A DNA stretch of 64,000 nt from positions 620,001 to 684,000 of the forward strand of contig OZ025662.1 in the NCBI GenBank assembly GCA_964019335.1, written 5' to 3'. Source of the stretch: Diplonema japonicum (lineage: Eukaryota; Protista; Euglenozoa: Diplonemea). Below, one piece after another: positions 24,784-37,409 of this stretch (within the stretch, counting starts at the first letter, position 1; each line of letters starts with the position of its first letter). Both the position numbers and the translations under genes were made by a program. The notes under the pieces were generated by a model. It did not search any database, was not told the DNA's origin, and was given only the letters and a program-made list of their open reading frames with translations.

Positions 24784-27700
24784 ATGGACGGCGGCCTTGT
24801 AATGATTGTGGTGATATGCAGCTTGATGCCAGTTGTGTTTATAGCGCTGTACTGCCTGATGTGGAAATGCCGATCACAGAATGAGTGGAATGAGGACGAT
24901 ATGAAAGCAACATCTTGCAGCGACAGCAAAGAGGGTGACGGGAGAAGGCCACCCGAGGACGATGAAGAAGAATGCAGACGCTTTGGGGTCGGATGGACCA
25001 ACGACTTTGATTTTCTAGTGTTCCACCTCCACACCATTTCACATCGAGAATCCCTGAGATATTCTCTAGGCGTGTACCTCGTCTTCTTATCAATCTTCAC
25101 ATACACTCTGGTAGCCCATTCGGGGCTTGGAAACGGCAGTTCTTTCTGGGCAACCGATGCAGTGATTCATCGTTTAGAATCCAGATGGAAATCCATCTCT
25201 CGAGAAAAGATGTTTTGGGATTTTATGACCACCGGTGTCGACCTTGAATCCGGCGGTGGCGGGCTTCTACAGCTGTACAACCTTAGTCAGCAAACTGTAG
25301 CTTCATACAATCACATTCTTCCTATCATACGTGTGGGGCAGCACCGTGTGAAGCCTGTGAAGTGTGATAACCTAGACGACCTTCTTCAAGGGAACTACCA
25401 TGGCTGGAGCACGAAATGCTACCCGGAGTACTCGCGGAGCAATGAGGACCGCATTACCTTTGGCAACGCTACTTGTAAAGACCGCCTCAACAAGAACGGC
25501 TTCGCGTGGTCGGACCTCTCAAAAGTCCGCTTCCCAGGAGAGGAGTTCCTTCCTTGGGCCACGCTCGGGGGTTATGTGTCGGACTATCCCTCTCAGCTAG
25601 GGTACTTTGTTGACACCTACTCCGAGTCCTCGTCGCGCGATGTGTTGCAGTTCTTTAACTGTCTCTTCAAGGGGGGCTGGATCGACGAGGCCACCCGCGA
25701 GGTGCACGTCAAATTCTTCACTTTCAACGCGAACTTAGGCATATTCTTACGTGTCATCTTGATGATTGAGATCAACCCTGCAGGCGTGTGGCGCACTCGT
25801 GTTGAGAGCCTTGTCTTCGAAGAAATCGACGTGTGGCGCATAGTGATGGAAGCCGTGGTGCTGGCATTCGTTGTCTTCTACATCGTCATGCTGTTCAGAG
25901 AGATCATTGCATACATCCTGCGAACAAAAAGCCTTATTTTATGGGTGTTCTCCGTGTGGCGGGTGATTGAAATTGCGAACCTCGCCATCTTCCTTGTGGT
26001 CTTTTACTACAAAGTGAACTATTGGGCGTTCCCTCACCACGAACTGCGTCTCGGGGAAGACACGCCTGACGAAATCAAGAACCACCCCAACGCAAAGGAT
26101 CCCAACTGGTACGACTCGTTGGTGTTCATGCGGCTGGACAACACAATGGCGAACCTGAAGGTGGTGTCGAATTTGTCTGCCTTCAACGGGGTTCTTGTGT
26201 ATCTGAAGCTTATTAAGTTCTTCAGGACGTCCCCCCGCCTCATGATTCTCTCAGAGACCATCAAGGATGCTTTGTCCTCTCTCATTGCCATTCTCGTGTA
26301 CCTCCTCCTCGTGACACAGGCATACGCCATGATGGGCGTGTCTATTTGGGGGACGAAACTCAAGGACATGCGCACCCTTCCCGAGGCGTGGACCTACCTG
26401 TTGCTCTCGCTGCTGGGCGACTTCGACTTCAACGAACTAGCCGACCTTGAGCCATTCTATGCCTATCTTTTCTTTGTGACTTACCAGGTCCTCGTGTGGC
26501 TTGTCATACTCAACATTGTCATTGGTATCGTCACCTCCTCTTACGAAAAGGCCAGGGCGTGGCAGAAGAGGATATCGGGTGACACCCCTGTTGGGCCCTA
26601 TATGCGGAACTGGATCGCGCAAACGGAGACTCTCATCAAGGTATGTGCCGCATATGTTTCCCCACATGCAGCAGGACCGGCTTGGCTTCAAACGCGCGAA
26701 GAACATTTATATCCGCAAAGTGACCCTGTACCTCCGCACACGGCACCGCAGGGCGAGCAGAAAGGTCGACGGGTACCTCGGCGACGATGCCATGCCGATC
26801 TTGGACGACCACACTAGCACCACAGTATGCTTTCCGCACCATCACACGCTATAGGTGTCGAGGAATGTCTTCGCCGAGCAAGAGACTCGTATTTCGGACT
26901 TGATACGAAATCTAGCCGAGCGCTCTGACCACCACATCACGCAGGAGAAGCCTGTCTTTCTGCTACACATAACGGTATGCAACAGTCTTGAGCCTAATGC
27001 GACAGTGGGACGACACCGACCCCCGAACGAACTGCACAAACAAAGTCTCGCACACATTCACAACTGGTGTGGACGACCGTTTGATATTCCCACCGAAAAC
27101 AAACGAGATTTACCCAAAAGTAATCAGCAGTGGCTGGCTTGAGGCTCAGGGCATGAAGATTTCCGTGGACGAAGTGTTGGGAGCACTCAGAGTGGTGAAA
27201 CAAGACCCTAAGAAGAGGAAACAGTTCATTGCACAGGCCAAGGCCCAAACCGCGCAGCAGGGTCCACCTGTGGATAAGTACCCGTGGGTCAGAGAGGATG
27301 CAATTGCTGTAGCCCTACTGTCAGAGTGCCCTTCTGTGAAGAAGTACTTCAGCGACTATGGCAAAGCACTTGAGGTGGCGACTGACCTGGCCAAGCAACT
27401 GTGCTTTTTGGTGTCGCCGCAGCAGCTGCAGAGAAGGGCGACGTACTCGTCCCTGATCTCGTACTGGAAGATGCAGGAGTACGCAGAGCTGATGGATGAA
27501 CAGATACACATGAAGAGCCATGTAGGGGAGATGAAGGGTCTGCAGAAGCCTTGGGCGAATAGGATATTTGTGGAAGATACAACGAAGAACGAGCCTGCTG
27601 TGCAGAAGAGTGTGAGCCCACGAGCTGTTCAGGTCACCAAAGGTGCAGATGACGGTAGGAATAACAAAGAGGTGCTGACGTCGCTGGCGAAGATGGAAGA

Positions 27701-27974
27701 GAAGATCGAGGGGCTTGGGAAGTCTTTTGACAACGTAGCTGACAACATGCAGGCGCAGACGACACGCACGCTTCCCGATGCTCTCTCGCCCTCAGCCCAG
27801 ACCTTCCCCACCCATTCCATCACTACTCCCGACAACGACCACTATGACAACAACATGGGCTACGAGCACACTGCCTCTCTCGCTGACTTTCACAGTGCAC
27901 CCCCTTCCTCCTCTTCCGAGGTGGACGCCTTCACCCCTCCGTGGAACTTCAGCAACTCCCGTGCTTACATGTGA
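24784..27974 (+). CDS. Polycystin-2 (PKD2/TRPP)-like cation channel; introns 26641-26671/26674, 26825-26854, 26975-27005
   Basis: RVGQHRV..C, GWIDEATR.V.V.F.TFNAN, KLIKFFR, LGDFDF and LNIVIGIV..SY; multiple TM helices; C-terminal tail rebuilt through three ~30-nt introns. Confidence 0.88.
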
Positions 27975-28148
27975 TCCTACACAGAATGGCTTCTCGTTCT
28001 CTTTATCTACACGATAATACGGTTTTAACTTTTCTTAAGTTTTTTAATCGATTTCTTTCTCACTAGTGCCTAGTTGTTTTCTTTTTTTCAAATGTTTTCC
28101 TCCAAACTCCCCACAAACTAACGCAGGGTATTTTAGAATATATGCCTG

Positions 28149-31080
28149 ATGACTGAGTCAGGGATGAAGGTGTACGCACGGTGCAAGGAGAGCGATGGTG
28201 GTGTGTTCAGGGTGGCGGGGGACACGTTGCAGACGAAGGGTGAGGAGAAAGTGTGGGGCTTCCACAAAATACTAGGGGGAGACGTGTTCGGTGAAGCATG
28301 TGTGAAGGTGTGCGAGGGGTGTGTAAAAGGAGGGTTTCCGAAAGGAGGGTTTGGAAGCATTGTGACTTTGAGCTGTGACGAAATGGGGAGAGAAACCCTG
28401 TCTGGGTTGGCACCTCAGGTGTTCTCCTACCTTCTGTCCAAGGGCGCAACGTCACTGAAGGTCCAGATGTGCGACGTAAGGAACGACACGTGTGTCGATC
28501 TAATTGGAGGCAAGCAGGGTGTTAAGGTGAGTGTTGATGACAAAGCGGGCGTTGCAATTGACGCCTCCTCCGAGACTTGCCGCTCTGCTGACACAGCTAC
28601 GGCCCTCTTCACTAAGTCCCTCGCCATGACGCACCCTTCGATGTCGCAGTTCTGTGTGCTGATTACGATACAGAAAGGCAGCACCACTCTCGGTCGGCTC
28701 TTCCTGATAGATGTGGGTAACATGACCCGGCAGCCTACTGTGGAGCGTCCCCAAGCTGATATCGATGAACAGGTTTTACTTTCAAAGCTTCACCTCACAC
28801 TCTCGCAGTGTACCACCGGCATGGCCAACGGGAAGGATTTCCGTGTGCTGCCCTTCCGAGACTCCAAGGTCACAAGAATCCTACAGCACCCACTCCACCA
28901 TTCCATAGCCGGCCAAGGCCTCGTGTCGCTGATATTCTGTGTCAGCCAAGCTACATCTCTCGACGACACTCTCTGCCTCCTCAACACCGCATCGTTGGCA
29001 CAGGGATCGCAGGTATTACCTTATTATTATCTTTAACTGCACCACATCATTTACAGCTTTTGAAGAACATCAGCGCATACAAGGATCTCATCGAAGAGTT
29101 GGAGCAGTTGGTCGATGCAAACGAACGGCGGATGACGCAGGCAGACGGCAACACGAAAGCGTCTGCCTCGCTGTACAAAATGAAACTCAAGGAGCTTGAC
29201 AAGCTGGGAATAGAGCTGGCAAGTGCGGGGGAGAAAAAAGAGCAGAAGCTCGCGGCTTCGAAAAAACAACTTGCTAAAGAACACAAGCGTGAAGAGGTAT
29301 GCACGTGTAAGGTATACACACGCCACAGGTGGAAAAAATGGATGGGCTGCGGGAAGGCGTGGTAGAGTCAAGGAGGAGCCTGCAGATGGCGCAGGAGGTG
29401 ATCGACGGCGTGGACGGAGCAGTAGCCGCTGCTGTGCGGCGATATGCTGAGAAGCACGAAATCGAGAGGCGGGAGTATAGACGAAAGGTTGAAAAGCAAA
29501 TCGCGAAAGAAAAAGAAGCGAACGATGCTATGGCCTTCGACATAAGTGTGAAGAAGAGACGGGCCGATCAGCTGAGGGCTTGGGAGCAACGGGTAAAACG
29601 GGAAATCGCAACGTTGGAAAGCAGCAAGGAAGCGTTGAAAGACAAGGCGAGCAGGGCTACAGGCCCTAGCAGGACCGAGGGCCTCACACCTGAGGAAATA
29701 CACAGAAAGGCAGAGTACTTCAGACTCCTCGACGAGATCGATGACATAGAAGAGACCAACGAGGAGATGCGGGGAAAGGTCCGCGCTTTGAAGGAAGAAA
29801 CGAACATGGACGTGCCCACCGACTCGGAAGATGAGGACACGTACTCCGACGACGACGGGAAGTCCCTGGACTCAGGCGAATCCAGCCGCGACACATCTCT
29901 CCCCCCCAGTGCGTCTTCTGATCTCCCTGACAGCGACTCCGACAGTGTTTCGTCCTCTTCTTCTTCCTCTGCTGGTTTGGGTAAGATAGGGCTCCAAAAG
30001 AAACGTGCGGTCGAGGGCAGTGCGATGGACCTCGAGCGCCGCCAGTTCAAATTCACACTCAAAAAGGAACAGAATTTGATGCTTCTGGTGGAGCAGATCA
30101 TGCAGTACCTGGAGTTTGGAACTAACTTCTCACTGGTGCAGAGCGAGCCGCCGCACATCACGAGGAAGTACGCGTACTTGACGCCTGAGAAGAGGACGCA
30201 TCTGAATCTGTGCAACTTAGACCCATCGACAGGGTTGTGTAGCGATAAGAAGAACGTAGCAAAGGAAATAGTGATGGCAGACATCACGGCTGTTGGGTTG
30301 GGGCAGTCGTCGCAGGTGTTCAGCAAAGCAATGAGGGGTGTGGGTGCTTCCGTCAGCTTTGATGCGACACAGATGCCCCCATCAAGTCAGGGGCTGGCTA
30401 AGGCGCCAGGGACACTGGGGCAGTACTTTTACAGATCGTTGACGCTGACCTTAAAGGACGGGATGCAGGTTAGCTTTGTGGCTGACAGCGATGTAGACTT
30501 CGAGGCGTGGGTGGTGGCCTTGCACAGGGTGACCTTCCTGGTACCCCAATGGGAGACACACCAAGACATCTCACGGAACTCGGGTGTCAACAAACTGACG
30601 GAACTAGAAAAGCACTTCTGTACAGAGAACCACGTCACCCCCCTCAACTACCTGAACGCAAAGTACCAGATCCTCTCAAGGAAACAGTATGTGCCCAGAG
30701 AACACTCAAAATAAATTACCAGATTGCTCATCACTTTGTACGACGTGCGCACTGCTTCCTCTTTGGATCTCATGCACTCTCAGAAATTGTTTGAATTGTT
30801 ATGTAAAACAGGTATTGCAAATAAAACAAATTTGAGACTTAACGTATCTGTAGGTCATATTGAAAAGACTATCCTCTGGTCGCTGAAGGGTGACACAGAA
30901 CCTTCGGAAAAGCCCATGGACGGTGAAACAGACAAAAGCCAGCTCTTCAATGATGTGAAGGGTGTCACCGACTCGATGACAGATATCACGAAACTAGCCA
31001 CCAATGACGTCCACCACAAAGGGCTCATCAGCAATGAGCGAAAGAACCTCTTGAAAGAGGGCGCCGGTGCTGCCCTGTAA
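28149..31080 (+). CDS. Kinesin-like protein with a degenerate motor, coiled coil, PH domain and C-terminal HTH/SWIRM-like domain (TbPH1-like); introns 29013-29056, 29297-29328, 30687-30722, 30812-30853
   Basis: MKVYARC, LFLIDVG and PFRDSKVTRILQ are retained, but the P-loop, SSRSH and DLAGSE motifs are absent; PH-type end FVADSDVDFEAWVVALH; TELEKHFCTENHVTPLNYLNAK. Confidence 0.8.
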
Positions 31081-31146
31081 GTGACATTGTAGACTGCACT
31101 TTTCACTGTTATCGTACCCACACCACCATAGGACCCATGTACAAAG

Positions 31147-32490
31147 ATGAACCCGAACAAACTGCCAGATATCAAGCGTGAACTGTGGGGTTTGTTCCGC
31201 AGATGTGCTGTACCAGGGTCGAGTCTGGTGAACAGAGTCCTGGACCACGAAGGGTTCAAGTCGCTGATCAACTCGTTTGACGTGACGCAGCTAGGGGGTA
31301 GTCCATATGACTCGATGTGGGTGGCGAGCTTTTGGCAGCAACTTGTGGCACAGGAGGGCACCACTACCTCTGGTCCTACACCCGATGCAGTCAGATGGCC
31401 CACTCTTTGGAAAGTCGTCAAAGGCCTACTAACAGGAGACACCTCTCCCAGTATAGTGTACGCCCCGCCTCCTTTGCAGCTCACGTTGGATGTTGCCGGT
31501 CTGCAGGGCGTCCTGTCAACGTCTCACGACCTGGAGCCTGTGGTCGGGTCCCCTCCGAGACATTCCTTGGGAGTGGCTCCTTCACCGAAACATGAAAGCA
31601 GGAAACCACCCAGCCCCGTGATGACCCATAGGACGGATGATAGCAGGAGGCCGAGCCCCATTCTGACCTGCAGGACGGACGAAAGCAGACATGTGTCCCC
31701 TTTGCGTCCTGCGAGGCTGCGTGAAGATGCACTGGCTACCATCGACATTGCTTCCGGTCTCATGACTACACCACGCGGCTCCCCTATCTTGTCACCATGC
31801 CCTCCGAGGGAGAGCCCTGAAAGAGCAGCGTGCGACCTGTGCCCTATAAGGGACGTCCAAGTCGCTGACCTGACTAAGGACCTGGACACTGCTCTCAATG
31901 AGATCGCGTCGCTGAGATTGCAGCTTGGCAACGAAAGGGAGCGCAACAGGGCACTGATATCGCAGGGCCATGTGCAGGTCGCAGACGCGATGCCCACAAA
32001 CCTACCGCTGCTGAGCATGCTGACACGATCTGCTGCCGAAGTTGACTCCCACGAGGACGGCTGGGTTGTTAGGAAGAACTACAATGAAGTTGTGAACAAG
32101 CTAGAGGACACGAAGCTGAGAAGTGACCTAGAGTTGGAAAGGATGCACCGGCTGGTCCATCTGGCTCAGGTGGAGAAAGAAGAGAAGGAAGAAGAGCTGG
32201 TGCAACTGCAGGAAGAAGTCGGCATGCTTCACAGCGAGGCGCACTACAGGGAGGAGTTACTTGCCAAGCTACAGGCTCAAGATAAGTCGAGGATGCTCCT
32301 AGAGCAGAACCACGTGCTGCAAGCAGCAACTACGTCCCTCTCACGAGAGATAGACATCCTGACCGGCACTGTCAAAGCACGTGACACTGAGCTCGCGGCA
32401 GTACGCGGCTCTATCGCAGCAGCAGAGGAGGAGTGTCAACGCGTCAACACGCTCCTATCGACAAAGCTGGCTGCGATGCCGTCAGTGTGA
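31147..32490 (+). CDS. Hypothetical protein, Pro/Ser-rich linker plus coiled coil
   Basis: 447-aa ORF with ATG start and coding-like composition. Confidence 0.75.
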   Translation: MNPNKLPDIKRELWGLFRRCAVPGSSLVNRVLDHEGFKSLINSFDVTQLGGSPYDSMWVASFWQQLVAQEGTTTSGPTPDAVRWPTLWKVVKGLLTGDTSPSIVYAPPPLQLTLDVAGLQGVLSTSHDLEPVVGSPPRHSLGVAPSPKHESRKPPSPVMTHRTDDSRRPSPILTCRTDESRHVSPLRPARLREDALATIDIASGLMTTPRGSPILSPCPPRESPERAACDLCPIRDVQVADLTKDLDTALNEIASLRLQLGNERERNRALISQGHVQVADAMPTNLPLLSMLTRSAAEVDSHEDGWVVRKNYNEVVNKLEDTKLRSDLELERMHRLVHLAQVEKEEKEEELVQLQEEVGMLHSEAHYREELLAKLQAQDKSRMLLEQNHVLQAATTSLSREIDILTGTVKARDTELAAVRGSIAAAEEECQRVNTLLSTKLAAMPSV

Positions 32491-32626
32491 CACCCGATCG
32501 GGGTATTCCCCCTCCCTCCATTGTACACCCTCTCTTTACTTAGACATTTGTATAATTACTGTGTTACTGTGGTAGTGTTTTCTTTTTTTTATTCATCCGA
32601 CTTTGTTTGAACCAAGCAGACACAAA

Positions 32627-33745
32627 ATGGCCTCATACGATGAAGAAGACAGCATGGAAACTAGAGACACGGAGGAGCATGTTGCAGCTATGCGGCGTCG
32701 ATTGGAACATGAGTACAGCGGGTTGAAAATAGTTTTTGATAAGCAAAGAGAACGAGTGGAGTGCTCAGTAATAATCCAGCAGTTTTGGCGGCGGTTGCTT
32801 ATCAGGCGCCAGACAGTGTTGCAGATATCAGCCTTGAGGGAGGTGATTGTAACAACGATCCGGAAGCTGCACTGGTACCTTTCTATTATTAACGAGTCCG
32901 AATCCTTGACGATGTTGGCGCTTTCTAGAATGTCAGATACACACCAAAGGAAACTTCTGCTGAACATAAATCCGAATCCGGATAACTTCGAGAACTGTAT
33001 TAACCTGCTGAAATTGATCAAGGAGAACAACGTGTCGGCCAAGGACGGCAACCGTGTTGAGCAGGGCAGGCTGGCACTTGTCATATCTAACGGTGACGCT
33101 GAGACACGGACACGCATCGAGGCTTTTATCAAAATGCTCAAAGAGTGCGACTTCTATGTGCTGCATGCTCATAATCCCAGTTTGAAAGAGCTGAGGGAAG
33201 TGACGGAGGCGTTCGCAGCTGTTTGCAAGCCGGGGCTTATTTTAATGGTGCTATACCATGGTGTGCTGCTTGAGGGATGCAACGCTTCGGACGTGTACGC
33301 CCTGCCGCACGGGGTGTGCAAAGAAGAAGTCACACCTGACAACATCCTCTACGAGTGCTTTCCTATCAATGGCATATTCCTCGATCTCAATCTCTGCAAT
33401 AAGGCACAGCCCATAGTGATTCTCTCTGCTGACACTACACGCACTGTTGTGACGCCCAGAATCCCTGACGGTATTGTCCTGCAGTCGACATCTGACGAAC
33501 TTCTCGAGTCTCTAGTCGACATCACTCCCAAGCCATACCAGCCTTTCTCCGAGGCTGTTGAACGGCTCGCAGCTGCCGGGGTGCTTTGCGTCACCTGCGA
33601 CGCGGCTTTGGCTAAAAATTCATTTATTTTCAGGACCCAGGATGCCATCACCCCTGGCGGCCTCCCACAGCTCATGTTGTACGCTTACGAAGTGGGGCGG
33701 TATGAAAATTGGACGATGCGAACACTTTCAAACTACCTTGAGTGA
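32627..33745 (+). CDS. IQ-like motif plus caspase/paracaspase (peptidase C14)-like domain, probably inactive
   Basis: IIQQFWRRLLIRR; RLALVISN..F.V....NPSLKEL..VTEAF..LYHG; SADTTR in place of LDxCR. Confidence 0.6.
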   Translation: MASYDEEDSMETRDTEEHVAAMRRRLEHEYSGLKIVFDKQRERVECSVIIQQFWRRLLIRRQTVLQISALREVIVTTIRKLHWYLSIINESESLTMLALSRMSDTHQRKLLLNINPNPDNFENCINLLKLIKENNVSAKDGNRVEQGRLALVISNGDAETRTRIEAFIKMLKECDFYVLHAHNPSLKELREVTEAFAAVCKPGLILMVLYHGVLLEGCNASDVYALPHGVCKEEVTPDNILYECFPINGIFLDLNLCNKAQPIVILSADTTRTVVTPRIPDGIVLQSTSDELLESLVDITPKPYQPFSEAVERLAAAGVLCVTCDAALAKNSFIFRTQDAITPGGLPQLMLYAYEVGRYENWTMRTLSNYLE

Positions 33746-33857
33746 CAATCTGTCTCTTACGAGGCGGCATTTTTCTTATTCGAGGAGGCCCAACAGTATC
33801 TAGTATTTATTATTATGGTTATTCGCTCCACCAGTATTGGCAGGTTACCCGACTCCG

Positions 33858-34661
33858 ATGACTGCCGAACCGAAGATTATCCAACTGGCGCAGCTGTCTG
33901 GCGGGAGGGAGAGCGCTGCAAGGTGTTACGCCCACATGCAGAGGAAGAACAATCTATTTTCAGGGATATCGAAGGAGGACGTGATTGGGTACGGGAGGTT
34001 TTTGTACGACATGTGCAGGGGGTCGCCGGGGTGTCTTGCTTCCGAGGAAGATGGGGAGTGCTTGGCGCTGTTTCTTCAAGTGGATTCGGAGGCTCTGGAT
34101 GCCGTAGACCCTGAGGTGTTGGGAGATAACCCTTGCAAGTCCCACATCGCACTGTGCAAAGAACTACAACGCGTGACGTTGGAGAAGTTCCGCACGGGAC
34201 ACCCTGAACCTTGCCAGGTCATGTATGGGGTCTTCGGTGGGATCATTCCCGAGTACGAGGGAAAAGGACTGTTTCCCAACATGCAGCTTGCGTCCTACAA
34301 AATAGTGCACAACAACGGTGCGAACTACGTGTGGGGCTTCACGCAGAACCCTGCGATCGTGCATCGGTACATCAAACAAAAGAAGGGAATGAATGACGAT
34401 CCTGACGTAACTGTCAAGGGCAAGATCCCTCAGGAGGTCTCCCAGCTGCTGATCAATCTCCCAATCAGCAGGTTAAGGCAGCTCATGGAACAAAACATGA
34501 CGGCAGGGCACAAGAAGCATATGCGAGAGGTCTATGACACCTCGACCTTTGAGTACAATGGCGTGCGGCCTTTCAAAAAACGTCAGGTTGCCTGGTTGGG
34601 TGTGTACTACACCAACCCCGCGCAAAATCATATGGAAGACAGCCAAATGCATAAGTTGTGA
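33858..34661 (+). CDS. GNAT-like acyltransferase, paralogue 1 (C-terminal HKL)
   Basis: GGIIPEYEGKGLF resembles GNAT motif A; similar along its length to 35877-36686. Confidence 0.6.
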   Translation: MTAEPKIIQLAQLSGGRESAARCYAHMQRKNNLFSGISKEDVIGYGRFLYDMCRGSPGCLASEEDGECLALFLQVDSEALDAVDPEVLGDNPCKSHIALCKELQRVTLEKFRTGHPEPCQVMYGVFGGIIPEYEGKGLFPNMQLASYKIVHNNGANYVWGFTQNPAIVHRYIKQKKGMNDDPDVTVKGKIPQEVSQLLINLPISRLRQLMEQNMTAGHKKHMREVYDTSTFEYNGVRPFKKRQVAWLGVYYTNPAQNHMEDSQMHKL

Positions 34662-35876
34662 AATTGGCGTGGAAAATAATTTCATAATGATCCAACTTCA
34701 ACTGTGCAAAAGAGGAAAAGAAAAATCTGGAAAACATGTTTTTTGCAGGTTGTACACTTCTCCCCGACGATCCGTTTCCTTTACCTGAGGTGATGAAATA
34801 TACAAAGAAGAAGAAAACAGAAAGCATCTACGATTGGTACCTGCCCCTTTGTTATTTTTGCCTAAACCAAGTGAATAGTCCAATCACATCGGCACCTTTT
34901 CTTTTTTTTTTCCGTCTTCTTTTTTTCTTTTTTTTTTTTCTCTGACGACTACGCACCGGGGGTCGATAAAAGTGCCCAAAACACGTTTTCTACTTGATAT
35001 GTGACTCTTATCTTTTTACTTTGAAACTCGTTTTTTTTTTTTTTTTATGCAAAGGACAAAACAACATGGAGAATTGCTTCAAGACCGTTTTTTCCAGTTT
35101 ATCAAGACCCGTTTTTTCCAGTCTCTTTACGCAGAGAACAATGGAAAAACATCAAAAAAGAAAGGAAAGAAAAGAAAAGGGGGGGGGGGAGGGAAAGAAA
35201 AAAAGAAACTTTTTTTTCTTTATGGATTTCCAGGTGCGTTTGCAACACCTTACGATCCCCTTTAACTGCAATAACAAAATTGCCTTTCAATCAGAAAAGC
35301 ATCCCCCCCTACTCACCCGCTTCTTCCCCCTTTTTTTTTCTACTTCTTTCCCCCCGAATTGCTTCAAATAAACTCTATCTTTCAACTTCCGATCTCCCAC
35401 CACCCGGTAATGCGCGAGGCGGCTCGTTTCGAAAGGTCTGTTTATGCCTCGGTGACAGTGACCCGTCGCGTGGTACAAACCTCAGACCTCAGTGAAATGA
35501 CCCGCTAAAGCGGAGGTGTCGTTACGCACCTATACCGCCCTCACTGGGAAAAGAGGGGGATAGCTTCCTTTCATTATACCAAAATGGAAGGGTTTTTCTA
35601 TTTAGACTCACCTGCGATAGCGGGCGGGATGCACCTAATCCTCCTCTCCCCCCCCTATCTTTCTTACTTTGTTTTTTTTTTGTTCCCTCTTCGTGTGCGT
35701 GCTTCGGGATATCGTAAGGGTCGGCCATGTGCCGTGTCGCATGGGCCGCGCAGGCAGGCAGTGTGAACCTTGTGTCTTCTTCAGGGTACTCCAAACCTGA
35801 ACTGTCTTATTGTACGGTGTAGTGTGTTGCAAAACCCGTTTTTGCATTTTAAAAAAAAAAAGGTGGGGGGAAAGAA

Positions 35877-36686
35877 ATGACTAAACCCGCACCCCAACTT
35901 GTGAAGGCATCTGAGCTGACCTGCGGTGCAGCGGCAGTGGGAAGCGCGTACGCCATCATGCAGAGGGAGAACCATTTGTTTCAAAGCTGCGGCGCAAAGG
36001 AGGAAGAACTCGCGGCGTACGGGTCCTACCTATATGAGCTGAGCAAGAACGACCCTGGCAGCATGTGTCTGGAGCTCAACGGGCAGTGTGTGGGCATGTA
36101 CTTGCTGTGTGACACAGATGTGTTAAACGCAGTGGACACGGAGGTTCTGGGCAGCAATAAGTGCAAGTACCACCTTGCCTTCTGCAAGGATCTCCAGCGA
36201 CGGATCCTCCGGAACTACAAAACCACGTTTAGAAAGCACGAGGGGCTCCGTGACGCGAAGATCAAATACGCTATTTTTGGAGGCGTCCTCCCTGACTTCG
36301 AGGGAACAGGTATCTTTAGTAAAATGCAGATCATCGCCATGAGGCGAACTTACGATGACAAGGCGCTGTTCACATGGGGTTTCACCCACAACCCTGCCAT
36401 CATACACAAATCCTTTGCGAAGAAGGAAGGCATGCCCAAAGACGTCAAGGGCCCTCCTGTAGCCGTACCCAGTGCTGTGATATCGTCTTTGGTCAGCCTC
36501 CCTGTTGCCGTGCTGCGGATTATCGCAGCCAGTGCGGTGAAGTCAGGTGCTGTGAAGATCTCAGAAGTCCATGATGTTGCCTCTTTTAAGTACAACGGCA
36601 AGAAAGTCTTCCGAAAAAGCCAGGCAGTGTGGCTAGGAGTGTACACCACAGACCCTGCAAAAACACATGGCGCCAGTAAATTGTAG
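35877..36686 (+). CDS. GNAT-like acyltransferase, paralogue 2 (C-terminal SKL, PTS1)
   Basis: GGVLPDFEGTGIF; shares WGFTxNPAIxH and WLGVYxTxPA with paralogue 1; ends ASKL*. Confidence 0.6.
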   Translation: MTKPAPQLVKASELTCGAAAVGSAYAIMQRENHLFQSCGAKEEELAAYGSYLYELSKNDPGSMCLELNGQCVGMYLLCDTDVLNAVDTEVLGSNKCKYHLAFCKDLQRRILRNYKTTFRKHEGLRDAKIKYAIFGGVLPDFEGTGIFSKMQIIAMRRTYDDKALFTWGFTHNPAIIHKSFAKKEGMPKDVKGPPVAVPSAVISSLVSLPVAVLRIIAASAVKSGAVKISEVHDVASFKYNGKKVFRKSQAVWLGVYTTDPAKTHGASKL

Positions 36687-37409
36687 ACAGGGGTGGGGGG
36701 GGCAAAAAGAAAGAGGTGGGGAAATTGTAATCCCCCCAAATGAAAACACGTACTTGTGCTTACATATATTTTTCCCCCTCTCTTTTCCATGCTGTTCTGC
36801 GCCTTAGCGAATGGATGTGGAAAGGGGAGAGGGAAAAAAAAAAAAGAAGAAGAAGAAAAAAGAAAAACCGAAAAAAGTCGATCCCCCCTTAGCCATCGCT
36901 TTCTTTTTTAGTTTTGGAGCTTTACGCCCTGCAAATGTGCCTAGACGATTGAGAGCGACTTACAGGCTTTATCGGTTTTACAGTAAAACCCTCCCCTTTT
37001 TTTTTTCTACTTGTGTGTCCACCGGGCAAGCTTCAGGCGGCCCCACAGAGGTCTCTAATGTCTCAGTGGCGGGCATCACAACAGTACAACAATTTTTTTT
37101 TGTTCCGTTTTTTTTTTTTCTTCTTTGCACAGAAAAGGGGAAAAAAAAAAAAAGAAATTCATGTTTCATCCCCTCCCCAATACATAGTGATAAGGAAGGG
37201 AGGGGAAAAAAAAAAAAGAAAGGGGGTTCTTTTTTTTTATACATATTTCTTACTCTTCGCTTTTGCTTTACTCCCTCTCTTTTACCTCCAAATTGCTTTT
37301 TTTTTCCTTTTTTTTTTTTCCCCTACACCTATTTCTCTATTTCTCATAAAGAAAAAACAACAAAACAAAAGGGATATTAACAAAAAAAAAAGACGAAAAG
37401 AAAGAAAAT

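Noticed and set aside
34736-34900. Possible small exon or gene (LLPDDPFPLPEVMKY..)
   Set aside because: No start codon, no homology clue and no joinable exon.
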